A DNA stretch of 64,000 nucleotides from an uncultured Nitrososphaerales archaeon (GTDB lineage Archaea; Thermoproteota; Nitrososphaeria; Nitrososphaerales; Nitrososphaeraceae): assembly GCA_963709405.1 (NCBI GenBank), contig CAVPXM010000047.1, positions 46,623 through 110,622 on the forward strand. Direction: 5' to 3'. Under the pieces are notes generated by a model. That model had not been told where the DNA came from. It saw nothing but the letters and a program-made list of their open reading frames with translations, and ran no database searches. Position 1 is the stretch's first letter. The number at the start of each line of letters is the position of its first letter. Positions 20,837-32,633 of this stretch are shown in pieces. A program made the translations under genes and the position numbers.

Positions 20837-21847
20837 CTAACTAGGAGATGACCTTGACAGGTGGGTGTAACCCCTATTTTCGAGGATTGAATACCCTCTT
20901 CCTTCCTCAGATTTTATAAATACATTTCCCGAGCCCTTCTTAACTTCGCCTATTATTAAAAATTTTATTCTTGATTTCTTTGCATAAGTTTTAGCTTGGT
21001 CAAGCGCTGCTCGGGGAATTGTGGCAATTATCTCATATTCCTCACCACCATGAAATATTAATTCTTTCGAATTCAAGTTATTGTTTTTCACGAAATCGAG
21101 TAGGTCTAGCCCATATGGGATTTCGTTTACGAAAAAATCTACTTTACTTTGACCTGCTAGTTCGTAAAGTGACAATGCAAGTCCATCACTCGAGTCGATG
21201 GATGACGAAAAAAATTTCGCAAGGAGGGTACCAAATCGGATTCTAGGTAGCGGCATCATTACTGAAGCAATGGCCTTTTTTCTAAAATCTCCCTTGGCCA
21301 CTGCCCGATCCATGAGGATTTTTAGGCCTGCTGATGGGTAGCCGAATATTCCGGAGACGATAATAAAATCACCAGGCCTAGCACCAGATCTGCTGGGCAC
21401 TTTTAAATCAATTCTGTGGGAAAATCCAACAACGCAACAGTCTATAATCAATTCTTTCGCCTGATTTGTATCCCCTCCTACGATAATGAAACCAAATTCT
21501 CGTGATGCCACCCGAAAACCCTCAACCAGACTAGCTATCGCTTTCTTTGAATATGCTTTTGGGATTCCCACCGAAATTAGAGATACGTACGGTTTGGCGC
21601 CCTTGGCGGAAAGGTCGCTGATTACCGAGACTACGCTTTTTCTTGCGACTTGCCATGGCTCCATCCCGGGAGGTACATCTGTACTTTCGACTAGCATATC
21701 ACATTTGAAAACAAGAGCGTGCGATGAGAATTTCATTAATGTCCGAGATGGAATGACGGTAACATCATCCTGTCCGAAATCTTTCAGATTATTTTTTTTC
21801 AGTTTAGAAATAAACAGTTGGATTATTCGTTTTTCATCTAATTGCAT
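20837..21847 (-). CDS. thiL: Thiamine-monophosphate kinase
   Basis: GQDDV, SDLSAKGA, GGDT, IDSSDGL and GGEEYE motifs. Confidence 0.93.
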   Translation of the reverse strand: MQLDEKRIIQLFISKLKKNNLKDFGQDDVTVIPSRTLMKFSSHALVFKCDMLVESTDVPPGMEPWQVARKSVVSVISDLSAKGAKPYVSLISVGIPKAYSKKAIASLVEGFRVASREFGFIIVGGDTNQAKELIIDCCVVGFSHRIDLKVPSRSGARPGDFIIVSGIFGYPSAGLKILMDRAVAKGDFRKKAIASVMMPLPRIRFGTLLAKFFSSSIDSSDGLALSLYELAGQSKVDFFVNEIPYGLDLLDFVKNNNLNSKELIFHGGEEYEIIATIPRAALDQAKTYAKKSRIKFLIIGEVKKGSGNVFIKSEEGRGYSILENRGYTHLSRSSPS

Positions 21848-23150
21848 CGTATACCAGCTGCGCCTTACTAGCTATATCCCGGTAGAGAGCACTAGCTCTA
21901 TCTGCTAGTGATTCAACTGAAATTCTTATAGCATGTTCAGTGTTTGAGGGTCTTATGAGCACCCACGAATTTTCGTCAATTACTAATTTAAGTCCGTCGA
22001 GCTCTGAAGTTTCGGAAGAGATAGGAACAAGCACATCATACAGCCTCGCAATTAGATCCTTGTGTAAATTAGATTTAGCGGCGATTTTTGATCGAATTTG
22101 AACATATTCTGACGAAAACTTCAAGCATTCATTCATTGATTCCCTATCTAATGATGAAATAAGAACACCTGCTAGTAGTCCATCCCTACACATGTTAAAC
22201 TTGGGCATAATGAAGCCAGCGCTACTCCCTTCTCCACCTGCTTCGGCACCCAACTCAATCATCTGCTTAACTACATTAGCTTCGCCTACTTTCGAGTAGT
22301 ACACTGATCCATTATGAGTAACAATAAATTTCTTTACTGACGAACTCGTGTCCACACTTATCACGAACTTTCTCATTCCAAGTTTTATTGCATTTGCTAC
22401 ACAAATGAAAAGTGTCATGTCTGATGTCAATTTTTCACCATTCTTATCGATAACCACTAACCTATCTCCATCTAGATCCAAAGCCATACCTAAATCAAGA
22501 GAATTGGATTTGACCAGCGTTCGCAGCTCATTCAGATGGTCTACAGTAGGGTCTGGATTTCTTGATGGCAAACCCATTATATCATTGATGCTTGCAACTC
22601 TACATCCCAGTTTTCGATACAGAAGATTTGAATACTGACATGCCGCTCCACAGCCTGGGTCGAGTCCAATCTTTATCCCCTTCTTCATCTCCAATTTCTG
22701 CGCTAGTTCTAATAATTCTTCGATGTAGCTTGAGAAACATCTAAACGAACGACCAGGATTAGTAGACGGTTGTGGATTTGATCCACCAAGCATAGAATTC
22801 AGTTCATTTTCAAACAGCCCCCTGCCTTCTATAATGAATTTTAGGCCATTCCATTCTAATGGATTATGCGACGCAGTTACGACACAGCCGGCATTATATT
22901 TCCTAGCTTCGCGAAAAACTACAGGAGTAGGTGCTATCTCAATATCATATACATCAATACCCTGTGCAATCAATGCTGCCTCAACAATTCGAACGATTAT
23001 ATGACTCGATGATCTGGTATCTCTACCCACGACACATTTTCCTCCTGAGCCTATCAGGCCAGAACCAAATAATCTAACTAATCTACTAACCTCTAACAAA
23101 GTCAGATCTGTTCCATAGACTCCCCTTACTCCGGAGATTGATATTTTCAT
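21834..23150 (-). CDS. Phosphohexomutase (PGM/PMM family)
   Basis: ISGVRG, TASHNP, DLDGDRL and RPSNTE motifs. Confidence 0.93.
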   Translation of the reverse strand: MKISISGVRGVYGTDLTLLEVSRLVRLFGSGLIGSGGKCVVGRDTRSSSHIIVRIVEAALIAQGIDVYDIEIAPTPVVFREARKYNAGCVVTASHNPLEWNGLKFIIEGRGLFENELNSMLGGSNPQPSTNPGRSFRCFSSYIEELLELAQKLEMKKGIKIGLDPGCGAACQYSNLLYRKLGCRVASINDIMGLPSRNPDPTVDHLNELRTLVKSNSLDLGMALDLDGDRLVVIDKNGEKLTSDMTLFICVANAIKLGMRKFVISVDTSSSVKKFIVTHNGSVYYSKVGEANVVKQMIELGAEAGGEGSSAGFIMPKFNMCRDGLLAGVLISSLDRESMNECLKFSSEYVQIRSKIAAKSNLHKDLIARLYDVLVPISSETSELDGLKLVIDENSWVLIRPSNTEHAIRISVESLADRASALYRDIASKAQLVYDAIR

Positions 23151-23251
23151 AGAAACTGTAGAAATCCCTGTCATATAATATTGATTTGTTATTCGCAACA
23201 TGTTACATATTAACAATTAAATAGAGATCAAGTAGATTTTCGTTATCTTTT

Positions 23252-23326
23252 GCCCTAGTAGCTCAGACTGGTCAGAGCGAAGGTTTCGTAAACCTTAGGT
23301 CGTGGGTTCGAATCTCACCTAGGGCT
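23252..23326 (+). tRNA. tRNA-Thr(CGT), no intron
   Basis: Acceptor GCCCTAG/CTAGGGC; anticodon arm AAGGT-TTCGTAA-ACCTT; GTTCGAATC T-loop. Confidence 0.97.
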
Positions 23327-23367
23327 TAATAGGCCAATCAAACACCAAGCACAAATGGATGTGACCC

Positions 23368-24889
23368 TCATTCATCGCTGGGACGTAGATAACTATCGGT
23401 GACCATCTTTAATGACTCTAATGATCGACTCAGGTGCGAGCTTTCGATTGGATAAAGCTTGTACGTACTCCGACGACTTGCGATTCAGCGCATCTATCAT
23501 CTGATCTTGATGTTTGGGGTTAGGCGACCCTACAGAAGAGCGTAGGTGAACTGACACTTCAGGTGTAACCCCTGTGATCGTTTGCATTACCTCTTTAGCA
23601 CTAAGATCTGTTTTTACCTTTTGTAGGACTTCCTCGACCTGTTCTTTTTTCAACTTCGCCAAGGGCAAATTTCCATTTTTTACAGCCGTTTCCACGAGTG
23701 CTCCAATTAACTTGTGTGCAATACGAAAGGGCATTTGCTTATTTATAACGAACTGTTCTGCGATGTCGATCGATATAGCATAGCTTTTGTTGGCTTCTTC
23801 TTTCATCTTTTCTCTATGAACAGCAAGCGAGTCGATAACCTTTTTCATTATTTCCAAGGAGCTCTGTACTGAATTCGAGGCTCTCCACAGAGTCGGCTTC
23901 ATTTCCTGTAGATCTCTACTGTAGCCTGTAGGCAGTGATTTCACAATTGAAAATATGCTATTCATACTACCCAATAATATTCCTGTCTTTCCACGTATTA
24001 ATTCCAAAGGATCAGGATTCTTCTTTTGAGGCATTGCGCTAGATGTAGAACTGTTCTCCTCTGAAATATCAATATATCCAAATTCCGAAGTTGACCACAG
24101 GATAAGATCTGTCGATATTCTACTTAATGTGGTCATGATGATCGCCAAGGAAGATACATATTCGCACATCATATCACGCGAGCTCGTCGCGTCTATCGAA
24201 TTAATCACTAGCCCTTTGAATCCCAGTAGAAGAGCAGTCCTATTCCTATCAATCCGTATGGTCGACCCACCTATCGCACAACCACCCAGAGGACATTCAT
24301 TAATTCTATCATACAACATATACAGCCGATCCAGGTCTCTGAAAAGTGCTTCAGCATACGATAAAAGAAAGTGTGAAAAAGTTCCTACTTGTGCTTGTTG
24401 CAAATGCGTGTACAGTAGAATAATCGTTTCTTTGTTTTCCGCTGCCTTTTTTAATAGGCTGGAAATTAGGTCCAAGGCGTGTGTACTAATCCTGTTGATA
24501 TCATCTCGGATCTTCATTCGCATATCCAAAACTACTTGATCATTTCTAGACCTTGCCGTATGCATCTTTCCCCCTATTTGAAGGCCAGTCCGTTGAATTA
24601 CAAATGCTTCGAGTGATTCATGGACATCTTCGAAGCTAGTCAGATCAATCAGGGTAGAATTTTTTTCCAATTCCATTAAGGCATATAGAATTTGCCTTAG
24701 TTCCTGTAGGGTCATTATTCCTATCTCGTGTAACATTATGCAATGCGCCTTCGTTCCTATTACGTCATAATATAATAATTCGGTATCGTCTTCGCCTGAT
24801 GAGAGAAATTTAAGCGTGTTGTCTTCAAGATTTCGATCAGATCTGGATCTATACACAGTTGATGCGTTTTGAAGATTACTTGATATCAT
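23368..24889 (-). CDS. argH: Argininosuccinate lyase; probable frameshift near 23440
   Basis: HTARSRNDQ, YTHLQQAQ and SSAMPQKKNPD motifs; C-terminus reads more plausibly in the shifted frame ending at 23368. Confidence 0.95.
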
Positions 24890-24943
24890 ATATACTTTTT
24901 AGCAGTTCCGCCTAGAATTACACTCTGTCTTCAAGCTTTAGAA

Positions 24944-25939
24944 TTATAAGCAAGGACAAACTCGTTTTGAAATGACTCTAATCCCATATCGCCTGATGAA
25001 GGTTATAAAATGGTTTGCAAGATCCGCATTCCCTTCACGTGTTAGAGAGTCTAATTCTATCCACTCATGTTTTTTCTTTAAATACGATGGTATTCGAAAT
25101 GAAACTATTATGTCATTTTGCAATAGATTTCTGAAATTTAACGCATACACTAACCTTTTATTTTTAAACGTGATTATCCTACTATCATTCAATTTGACAT
25201 GCTTAATATCTCTAAGTTTAAGATATTTAGATACGTAGCTGTAAAAGTCTGCAATAATTGTTAACATTACTGTATGTTTAGCTTCAGTTGTAAGTTCATT
25301 ACTGCTAACCTTTTTTATCACTCTGGCAGGGACACCGGCCGCGAATACACCTGGAGAAAGATTCTTGGTAACTACCGACCCAGTTCCGATGGTTACTCCT
25401 TTTCCGATTGTTACCCCTGGTAATACTGTGACGTTCCATGGAAGCCAAGCTCCGTCGCCTATGATGACGTTTGCAAAAAGATAGGGATTGCCCTTCAATA
25501 CATTTTGCCAGGAACTATGAGTAAAGACCAGACAATATCCTCCGATTCCGACATCGTTTCCAATTGATACCCTTCTGGTTGTATTTATATAAGACCTATA
25601 AAGGACTACGCAATTACTGCCTATGATAAACTGGCTAGCTTCACTTTGCATCCCTCCTATTAGCACATCCCTGTCAATAATCGTCTGACTACCGATCGAA
25701 ATTGATTTGAACGCGCTAATTACTGTGCGCTCTTTAACGGTCGTATTGTGCCCTATCGTTATCTTGCCATCAGAAAAGAGCTTGCAGTCCGTCAACGAAG
25801 AGTTTGATTCTATTTGTACCTTCCTAGCCTTAATTTGGACATTGTTAATCTTGGTTCCTGCAGAAATAACAACATTTTTTGCGTCAATTTTTGAATCTAC
25901 TAGCTCTGCGCTATTTGCGATATCTATATGTGAGGACAT
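24944..25939 (-). CDS. Hexapeptide-repeat acyltransferase
   Basis: Left-handed beta-helix repeats; IGDGAWL, LPGVTIG and AGVPARVI. Confidence 0.88.
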   Translation of the reverse strand: MSSHIDIANSAELVDSKIDAKNVVISAGTKINNVQIKARKVQIESNSSLTDCKLFSDGKITIGHNTTVKERTVISAFKSISIGSQTIIDRDVLIGGMQSEASQFIIGSNCVVLYRSYINTTRRVSIGNDVGIGGYCLVFTHSSWQNVLKGNPYLFANVIIGDGAWLPWNVTVLPGVTIGKGVTIGTGSVVTKNLSPGVFAAGVPARVIKKVSSNELTTEAKHTVMLTIIADFYSYVSKYLKLRDIKHVKLNDSRIITFKNKRLVYALNFRNLLQNDIIVSFRIPSYLKKKHEWIELDSLTREGNADLANHFITFIRRYGIRVISKRVCPCL

Positions 25940-26711
25940 GATCGAGTATGTGATTAGCTAAATCAATTCCTCTAAAAACCTTAACGTCATCCTGAGATGT
26001 GAAATATTCTATTATCTGTCTGTACATCCTACCTCCTTTCATCCTAAGTACATTATCATGCCAGATTACCGTGATGATGTTGAACTCAGGATTCAAATCC
26101 CTACCTTCTTGAATTGTTCGTTGGAATAGAGGAAGAATATCATCTTCACCAACCTGCATATAGGTAAATAAGTAAGCGTCCATAACAGTAATGGGAAATT
26201 CTAATAGACCATCGAATCTATAATAGCCGAAGTCCTCTGCTCCTATTAAATGCTTAAATGTTTTCAAAGAAGAATCATAAACAAAACCTAATTCTCGTAG
26301 TTTAGCTGGCAGATGGTTACTAAACTTTAGGTAATGTACTCTGTTCGCTTTGACTACTCCCTTGGAAAGCTCTTCCAATCCCATTTTTTCGTTCAAGATT
26401 TTATCCTTGGCACCTATGGATGATGGATCCGAATGAAGTCCAATTTCCCAGCCGCCATCAATCAGTGATCTTATATCATTCTCATAATCGAGGAGTACGC
26501 CGTCTTCGTAAATAGTTCTAAAAAAGAATGTGGACCTTATTCCATATCTTTCTTCAATTTCCATATAATCTGGAATATTGTAGTAAGGATTGATCCTCGA
26601 GGCGTTACTGATAGTCTCTTGATCGAATCGCATCTTTCTTGCGATAATATGATCTAATGGCGGACCTTGTCGGCTCCAGTCCACGTCGTGGCTCAGAAAA
26701 ATGCACTGCAA
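25911..26711 (-). CDS. Polysaccharide deacetylase family protein
   Basis: LSHDVD, STFFF, EIGLH, RVHYL and YDSS motifs. Confidence 0.85.
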   Translation of the reverse strand: MQCIFLSHDVDWSRQGPPLDHIIARKMRFDQETISNASRINPYYNIPDYMEIEERYGIRSTFFFRTIYEDGVLLDYENDIRSLIDGGWEIGLHSDPSSIGAKDKILNEKMGLEELSKGVVKANRVHYLKFSNHLPAKLRELGFVYDSSLKTFKHLIGAEDFGYYRFDGLLEFPITVMDAYLFTYMQVGEDDILPLFQRTIQEGRDLNPEFNIITVIWHDNVLRMKGGRMYRQIIEYFTSQDDVKVFRGIDLANHILDHVLTYRYRK

Positions 26712-26891
26712 TACCTATCTTTGGAGCTAGTTACAGGTTAATTTAAATTTCGATTTGCCTGCCGCAGAAGATCAAGGCATCTACTATGTTCAAGCAGGTA
26801 GATAATACACCTCCAAAACAAGGCGTATTTTGATAACAGAACTATCATGCAATAGTTATATATGGATTGAGTAGATCTAATCCTTACGGTA

Positions 26892-27218
26892 ATGAGCCAA
26901 GACCTCCAACAAACGCGTAGGTTAATCTTTGATGAATTAACCAAGATAGTTGATCCTGAAATCGGCGTTTCGATAATGGAATTAGAATTGATCGACAAGG
27001 TAGTAATAGATAACGGAAAAGTTGATATTGATCTACATTTGACAAGCCCCTTCTGTCCTGCTGTATTTGGTTTTAAAATTGCACAAGATGTAAGAGACAA
27101 TGTTTATAGGCTTAATGGCATTGAAAATGTAAAAGTAACTGTGAGTAATCATTTCATGGCTGAGGCCATAAATAAACAAGTAAACGAAAGCAAGCCCCCT
27201 CAGAAGTCAAACGAGTAA
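26892..27218 (+). CDS. DUF59/MIP18 Fe-S assembly protein
   Basis: IVDPEIGVSIMELELI and LTSPFCP motifs. Confidence 0.92.
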   Translation: MSQDLQQTRRLIFDELTKIVDPEIGVSIMELELIDKVVIDNGKVDIDLHLTSPFCPAVFGFKIAQDVRDNVYRLNGIENVKVTVSNHFMAEAINKQVNESKPPQKSNE

Positions 27219-27285
27219 TATTACCTTATATTAATGAATTAATACCAGTTTCATATAGCGCGATCAAAGCAAAAAATAGTAGTGC

Positions 27286-28069
27286 CTAATCATCTGATTG
27301 ATCTTGCCTAGTTATATGTTCTAGTTTTGCCGTTTTCTTATTATGTTTTGAGAAACTCATCAGATGTCCTCTCATGAGTTGAATTCCTAATGCAGGATCT
27401 ACTCCCTTTGGGCATACAGCACTGCAGGACCCTGCGAAGTGACATCTCGATATCCCGTGTCTTTCATCTATAAGATTTATGCGTTTTTTACCTGCGTTAT
27501 CTCTAGAATCTGCAAAATATCGGTAGGCCTGCGCCAGTGCTTGGGGACCAGGGAATTCAGTGTCGGTTGCAACCGAAGGACACGCGGAATAACACAAACC
27601 ACATTTAATACAGTACGAGAATTGCAGGTATTTGTCGACATCTTTAGGAGTTTGCGCAAACCATGATAATTCTTTTTCGTTACTCATATCTGCTTCCTGA
27701 TTTTGTATATATGGCTCCAAGTTCTTATGATGCTTGAAGAATTGAGTGAAGTCTGTTACAAGGTCTCGAATTATTGGAAAGTTTCCAAGTGGTTCGCAGG
27801 TTATCATGGACGAATTGAGCTCTGAAACTTTGGTGTAACAAGCAAGCCTAGGGATTCCATTAATCTTCATCCCACATGATCCACAAGATGCCATTCTGCA
27901 GGAATACCTTATGCCTATACTTGAATCAAGATAGCTCTTGGCATATAATAACCCGTCGAGTACCTGTGGTCCAACGCTGCACAGGTATCTCGAAAATATC
28001 GTATTTTGGTGAGTCCTTCTGATTTCCAATTGTTCGGTATACTCTAAAGGTAACTGTCTTAACAGTCAT
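27286..28069 (-). CDS. sdhB: Succinate dehydrogenase Fe-S subunit; +1 frameshift near 27963
   Basis: SCRMASCGSC, CIKCGLCYSACP and CHFAGSCSAVCP; N-terminus MTVKTVTFRVYR...PVQRWTT lies in another frame. Confidence 0.95.
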
Positions 28070-28150
28070 AAAAATGTCTGCTCTTGCTTATGGGAACTTT
28101 TCGATCTGTTTTGAACATGATGTAACTTTCCGCTTCCCAACTCAATCATG

Positions 28151-28501
28151 TCATAGCTCCAATCCATTGGCAAATATTATGGTTCGAGTGCCATAGGCGA
28201 TAACAGCTATTGAGGCGATTAATATGCCAAAGCTTACACTTTTTTCCCACTTTCTGTTTTGACGTAGCTCGAGCAATATTATCCTCAAACCATTAAAACC
28301 ATGTATAGCAATAAGTATCAGGATAATTTCAAGGAGAATTGCATACGGGATATTATGATAGTTTCCTATAACGTTCTTGTAAGCAAGACTCGCAGAAAAC
28401 GGCATAATGAGACGCATAATTATGTGCACAGCCACCACAAAGAGTGCACCTACTCCAGTCAAGTAATGTATTTTCATTATCTGGCTCTCACGCAGGTTCA
28501 T
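28151..28501 (-). CDS. sdhD: Succinate dehydrogenase membrane anchor
   Basis: Three hydrophobic helices; HYLTG and HGFNGLR; sdh operon context. Confidence 0.88.
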   Translation of the reverse strand: MNLRESQIMKIHYLTGVGALFVVAVHIIMRLIMPFSASLAYKNVIGNYHNIPYAILLEIILILIAIHGFNGLRIILLELRQNRKWEKSVSFGILIASIAVIAYGTRTIIFANGLEL

Positions 28502-28543
28502 TTCATATCATCCCTCCCTCCACTTTTGATATTATGTTCTAAT

Positions 28544-29017
28544 CTATCCTTTTCCAAATAAAACCTGAACTCCAAATAGCATCGCTAACGCAGCCAATAT
28601 TAACGCAACCCAGATACCGGATTTCTGGCGATAGTTCAACGAACTTGCTATATATGGGTAATCTGGTCTTCCCGGCGTACCCAAGCCTTTCCCAAGATGT
28701 GTAAATATTAGCCTGATTCCATTAACTGAATGAAAAGTACTGGTCCCAATGACCAATATTAAAAAGAGGTGACCCCATGTAGTCTGAGTTAGCTGCAACA
28801 TTGAATTCCACACATCTGGTCCGCCAATTATAGAGCTCGTCTCAAACACGTGTCCTATGAAATAGAGTAGTAGAAATATCCCCGTCAGCCTCTGAAGCCA
28901 ATATGAAACTCTTTCCCACCCGTATCCAAAGGGATTGAGCCAAGCCTTGACACCTTCTCGATTTTCGCGGCTATGAAGACGATTTCTAGAATTCGTCTTG
29001 CCGCTCGGAATCTCCAT
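28544..29017 (-). CDS. sdhC: Succinate dehydrogenase cytochrome b subunit
   Basis: LQRLTG and FHSVNGIR; sdh operon context. Confidence 0.9.
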   Translation of the reverse strand: MEIPSGKTNSRNRLHSRENREGVKAWLNPFGYGWERVSYWLQRLTGIFLLLYFIGHVFETSSIIGGPDVWNSMLQLTQTTWGHLFLILVIGTSTFHSVNGIRLIFTHLGKGLGTPGRPDYPYIASSLNYRQKSGIWVALILAALAMLFGVQVLFGKG

Positions 29018-30732
29018 TAGTATTTCCTCTCAACAGGTGCATAGCGCGTAAACGCTATTGGATGCCAAGCTACTTTTGGCTCACCAGCAGTGTAATAAGA
29101 AAGAGAGTGTTTCAAAAATTTCGCATCATCTCTTAAAGGATAGTCAAGTCTTGCGTGAGCTCCCCTTGATTCACAACGATTTAACGCATTCACTAAGACA
29201 ACCTCTGCAATAGTAAGCATGGAATCGGTCTCCATAACATTAATAAAATTAGTATTATACTCCTTAGCTCTATCATCTACGTGTTTCCATGTTTGTAATC
29301 TTAGGTTTCTGAGCTGTTTCAAACCTTCAGCTAAACTATTTTCGGTTCTGAACACATAAGCTTTATCATCCATCATATCTGTTAACTGTTTTCTAACCTC
29401 GTAGGGATTTGCCTCACCCCTTCCCCTAAATATTCCGTCAAATATCCTTTTTTCTTCCTCAGTAACCTGTTCTAATGGCGTGGAGTGAGATATGTCCATG
29501 CGGGCTAACGCATGTTTTGCAGCATGGTCTCCAGTAATATTTCCCCACACCAGACACTCAGCTGTCGAATTGGCACCTAGGCGATTTGCTCCATGTGTGC
29601 TATTACACGCTGCTTCCCCTGCAGCCCACAACCCATTCAATTCAGTTTCTCCTTCGATATTTGTATGAATTCCCCCCATCATATAATGGCAAACGGGCCT
29701 GACCTCTATTGGTTCGTTGATAATATCGACTCCAGAAAATTTAAAACCAATTTCCCTGATCCCAGCCAAGCGATCTTTTATTTTCTCTGGTCCAAGATGA
29801 CTAAGGTCTAATTTCAAACAGCTCATACCACTATCATGTTTGAACCCTCTACCCTCTTGAATCTCGCGTATCATTGAACGTGAGACTACGTCCCTAGGTG
29901 CCAATTCCAGTTTTTCTGGTGCATATCTCTTCATGAATCTTTCATTTTGATTGTTTATAAGATATCCTCCTTCCCCTCTCGCCCCTTCAGTAATGAGTAT
30001 GCCGGATGGCAAGATACCGCTAGGATGGAATTGAACAAATTCCATATCCTTGAGGGCAAGCCCCCCGCGATAGGCCATATGCAGACCATCTGGTGTAGAG
30101 GAATACGCATATGTCGAAAAACCATAAATTCTTCCCGCGCCACCGGTACATATTATTCCTGCGTGTCCTCTTATAATAAAGAATGTACCGGATTTCATTT
30201 CAATTGCAGTCAGCCCAGAAAACTCATTCCCATTAGAAAGTATCGATGTGCAGAACCATTCGTTAAGGAAATCGATGTTTTCATGTTTGAGGCATGTGTC
30301 GTAGAGGGTCTGCATTTCATAAAACCCTACTTTATCTTGAGCATATGTGGCCCTTGGAAAGGAATATCCGCCAAATTTACGTTGATCTATCCTCCCATCA
30401 TCTCTTCTTGACCATGGCATCCCCCAATGATCCAACTGGTATATCTCAAAAGGCATTTTCTCTGCCAGGCGTTCGGCCACGTCCTGATCGGCAAGAAAAT
30501 CGCTTCCCTTTATAGTATCGTATATGTGAGATTCACGGTTATCACCTTCATCCTCGAATAACACCGCTGCAGTTCCACCTTCTGCTGAAACCGAGTGTGA
30601 TCGCATTGCTTGTACCTTCGAAACGACCGCAATGCTTAGCTTATTGCTTTTTGTAGCAGCCGAAATCGCTGCTCGAAGGCCCGCCAAACCAGACCCTACA
30701 ACAATAACGTCATAAGAAATAGCTTCAGTCAA
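29017..30732 (-). CDS. sdhA: Succinate dehydrogenase flavoprotein
   Basis: GSGLAG, RSHSVSAEGG, QFHP, HYMMGG, HGANRLG and ESRGAH motifs. Confidence 0.98.
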   Translation of the reverse strand: MTEAISYDVIVVGSGLAGLRAAISAATKSNKLSIAVVSKVQAMRSHSVSAEGGTAAVLFEDEGDNRESHIYDTIKGSDFLADQDVAERLAEKMPFEIYQLDHWGMPWSRRDDGRIDQRKFGGYSFPRATYAQDKVGFYEMQTLYDTCLKHENIDFLNEWFCTSILSNGNEFSGLTAIEMKSGTFFIIRGHAGIICTGGAGRIYGFSTYAYSSTPDGLHMAYRGGLALKDMEFVQFHPSGILPSGILITEGARGEGGYLINNQNERFMKRYAPEKLELAPRDVVSRSMIREIQEGRGFKHDSGMSCLKLDLSHLGPEKIKDRLAGIREIGFKFSGVDIINEPIEVRPVCHYMMGGIHTNIEGETELNGLWAAGEAACNSTHGANRLGANSTAECLVWGNITGDHAAKHALARMDISHSTPLEQVTEEEKRIFDGIFRGRGEANPYEVRKQLTDMMDDKAYVFRTENSLAEGLKQLRNLRLQTWKHVDDRAKEYNTNFINVMETDSMLTIAEVVLVNALNRCESRGAHARLDYPLRDDAKFLKHSLSYYTAGEPKVAWHPIAFTRYAPVERKY

Positions 30733-31004
30733 TTAAGATGCAGTTACTCACTTATGAATGGATATCTATTTCTCATAAATATCTTTAGACAGCTCCTACA
30801 AAACGACGTACCTCATTGGTCCTCAATCTAGTGCGATGCCATTTATTCATTTGATGTATCTCTTATGGTACATGATTCGTACCATACTTTACATGCAAGG
30901 CCTATATCGACTTCGATGCAGCATGTGACTTGGAAAAGTGATACAAATACTGGGTATGTACAGATGACGTTTCATGTATCAATAAATACCTGTTTCATAC
31001 TATA

Positions 31005-31280
31005 GTGACCTGGACCAGAAATTTGCCTATCGAATACGGCGGCAAAATATATTTTTCGCCTAACACTTCTGACGAAGATATAGTTGAAAAGTCGAAAAGG
31101 AGGTTGCTCGAGGAAGGAATAAGGCTTGAAGATATAAAAATTAGCTATAACACCCAGGAGTTAGAGGTCGGAGATTTATTCATAAACTATGATCCACCAG
31201 ATCTTGTGGTTCGACGGGGTTATGATAAGAAATCTAATGGTATAATCAAGATGAAAAGTTGTGCTCTTGTAAGAATTTAA
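31005..31280 (+). CDS. Hypothetical protein
   Basis: 91-aa GTG ORF that fills the gap and overlaps the hisS stop by 4 nt. Confidence 0.6.
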   Translation: MTWTRNLPIEYGGKIYFSPNTSDEDIVEKSKRRLLEEGIRLEDIKISYNTQELEVGDLFINYDPPDLVVRRGYDKKSNGIIKMKSCALVRI

Positions 31281-32573
31281 TAATGTGCCATTTTCTCCTC
31301 CAAGACTCTAGACAGCTCATCTACATCCTGTTTGAATTCGAAACCATCCAACATCGATCTTATCGTAACGCACCCATTCTTAGAATCATTTTCTCCTACT
31401 ATGACCGTTATTACTGCTCCTTTTGCAGCTGCATCTTCGATTTGTCTCCTCAATGACCTGCCAGAAAAGTCGTAATCAGTAACGTATCCTTTCTCTCGTA
31501 GATCAGATACGATATCCATTGCCTGATCCTTCGTATTACTCGAAGCGAATGCCACGTAAATCATTCTAGGCTGCACATTGAAGTGCTGATCTTTTCTGAG
31601 AGCGGCGATAATCCTCTCAATACCACCTGCTGCACCTGACGCGCCCATATCTTTCCGTCCAAATGCTTCTGTTAGAGTGTCGTATCTTCCACCCCCTACA
31701 AGCGCATCGCTCTTGAACGATTGGTCTATTGCTTCAAAAACGATTCCTGAGTAATAATCTAGCCCGCGGACAATTCCCAAATTGACCCTGATATTGCTAA
31801 CTTTTCGCGATCTTAATGAGTCATTTCAGCTGAAACAGATTATTCCAACTTTTTAGACGTCCGGCATCAGCGCTAGAATAAACACTATCTATGTTACCTT
31901 TTATGCTCGACAGGCTGATTAGTCTGTCTAAAACTGATAAGCTAAGCTTTTCTTTAAATTCGCCATAAACGGCCTCACTGCCCTTCTTTGGAACCTTGTC
32001 TATAGCTCTGAATATCTCGGTTATAACATGTCTATCCGAAACCAGAAGATACTCGTTTATATATTCCTCCAACAACCTGCGATCATTTAATTCTATAACG
32101 ACATTTTTTAATCCCAGTTTTCTCAAAAAAACAGAGACGAATTGAATTGTCTCCGCATCCGATTCATTATTAAATGAATCATACATTTCGATATCCCACT
32201 GATGAAAATATCTATAGCGACCCGCCTGCGGTTCATCGTATCTCCAAACGCCATCAAACGCCGCTACTTTTATTGGCATCTTGAGATCCCTTCTAGACGC
32301 AGCAAATCTAGTCAGGCCCACCGTGAGGTCAAACCTCAACGCGACATCTCTATTACCTTTGTCCTTAAAAGCATAGATTTCGTTAGAAATTGATGGACCT
32401 GCTTTGACCTCTAAGGTAGAGAGCATTTCAAGAGTTGAAGGGACAATTAATTTGAAATTAAATGCTGCTGCGGTCTCTAAAAACGTATTCCTAATTTCGT
32501 TTATTTTGGCAGATTCTTCGTATCCAATATCCCTCATCCCTCTTGGGATTTCGATCTTCACAAACGAATGCAA
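31277..32573 (-). CDS. hisS: Histidine--tRNA ligase; +1 frameshift near 31825
   Basis: PRGMRD, LRFDLT, RYDEPQAGRYRYFHQ, RGLDYYSG and GGGRYD motifs over two ORFs. Confidence 0.96.
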
Positions 32574-32633
32574 ACGTTGTTCTCATTTAGATTTTGCGAT
32601 CAATTATTATAATTAATTCAAACTTACCTAGCC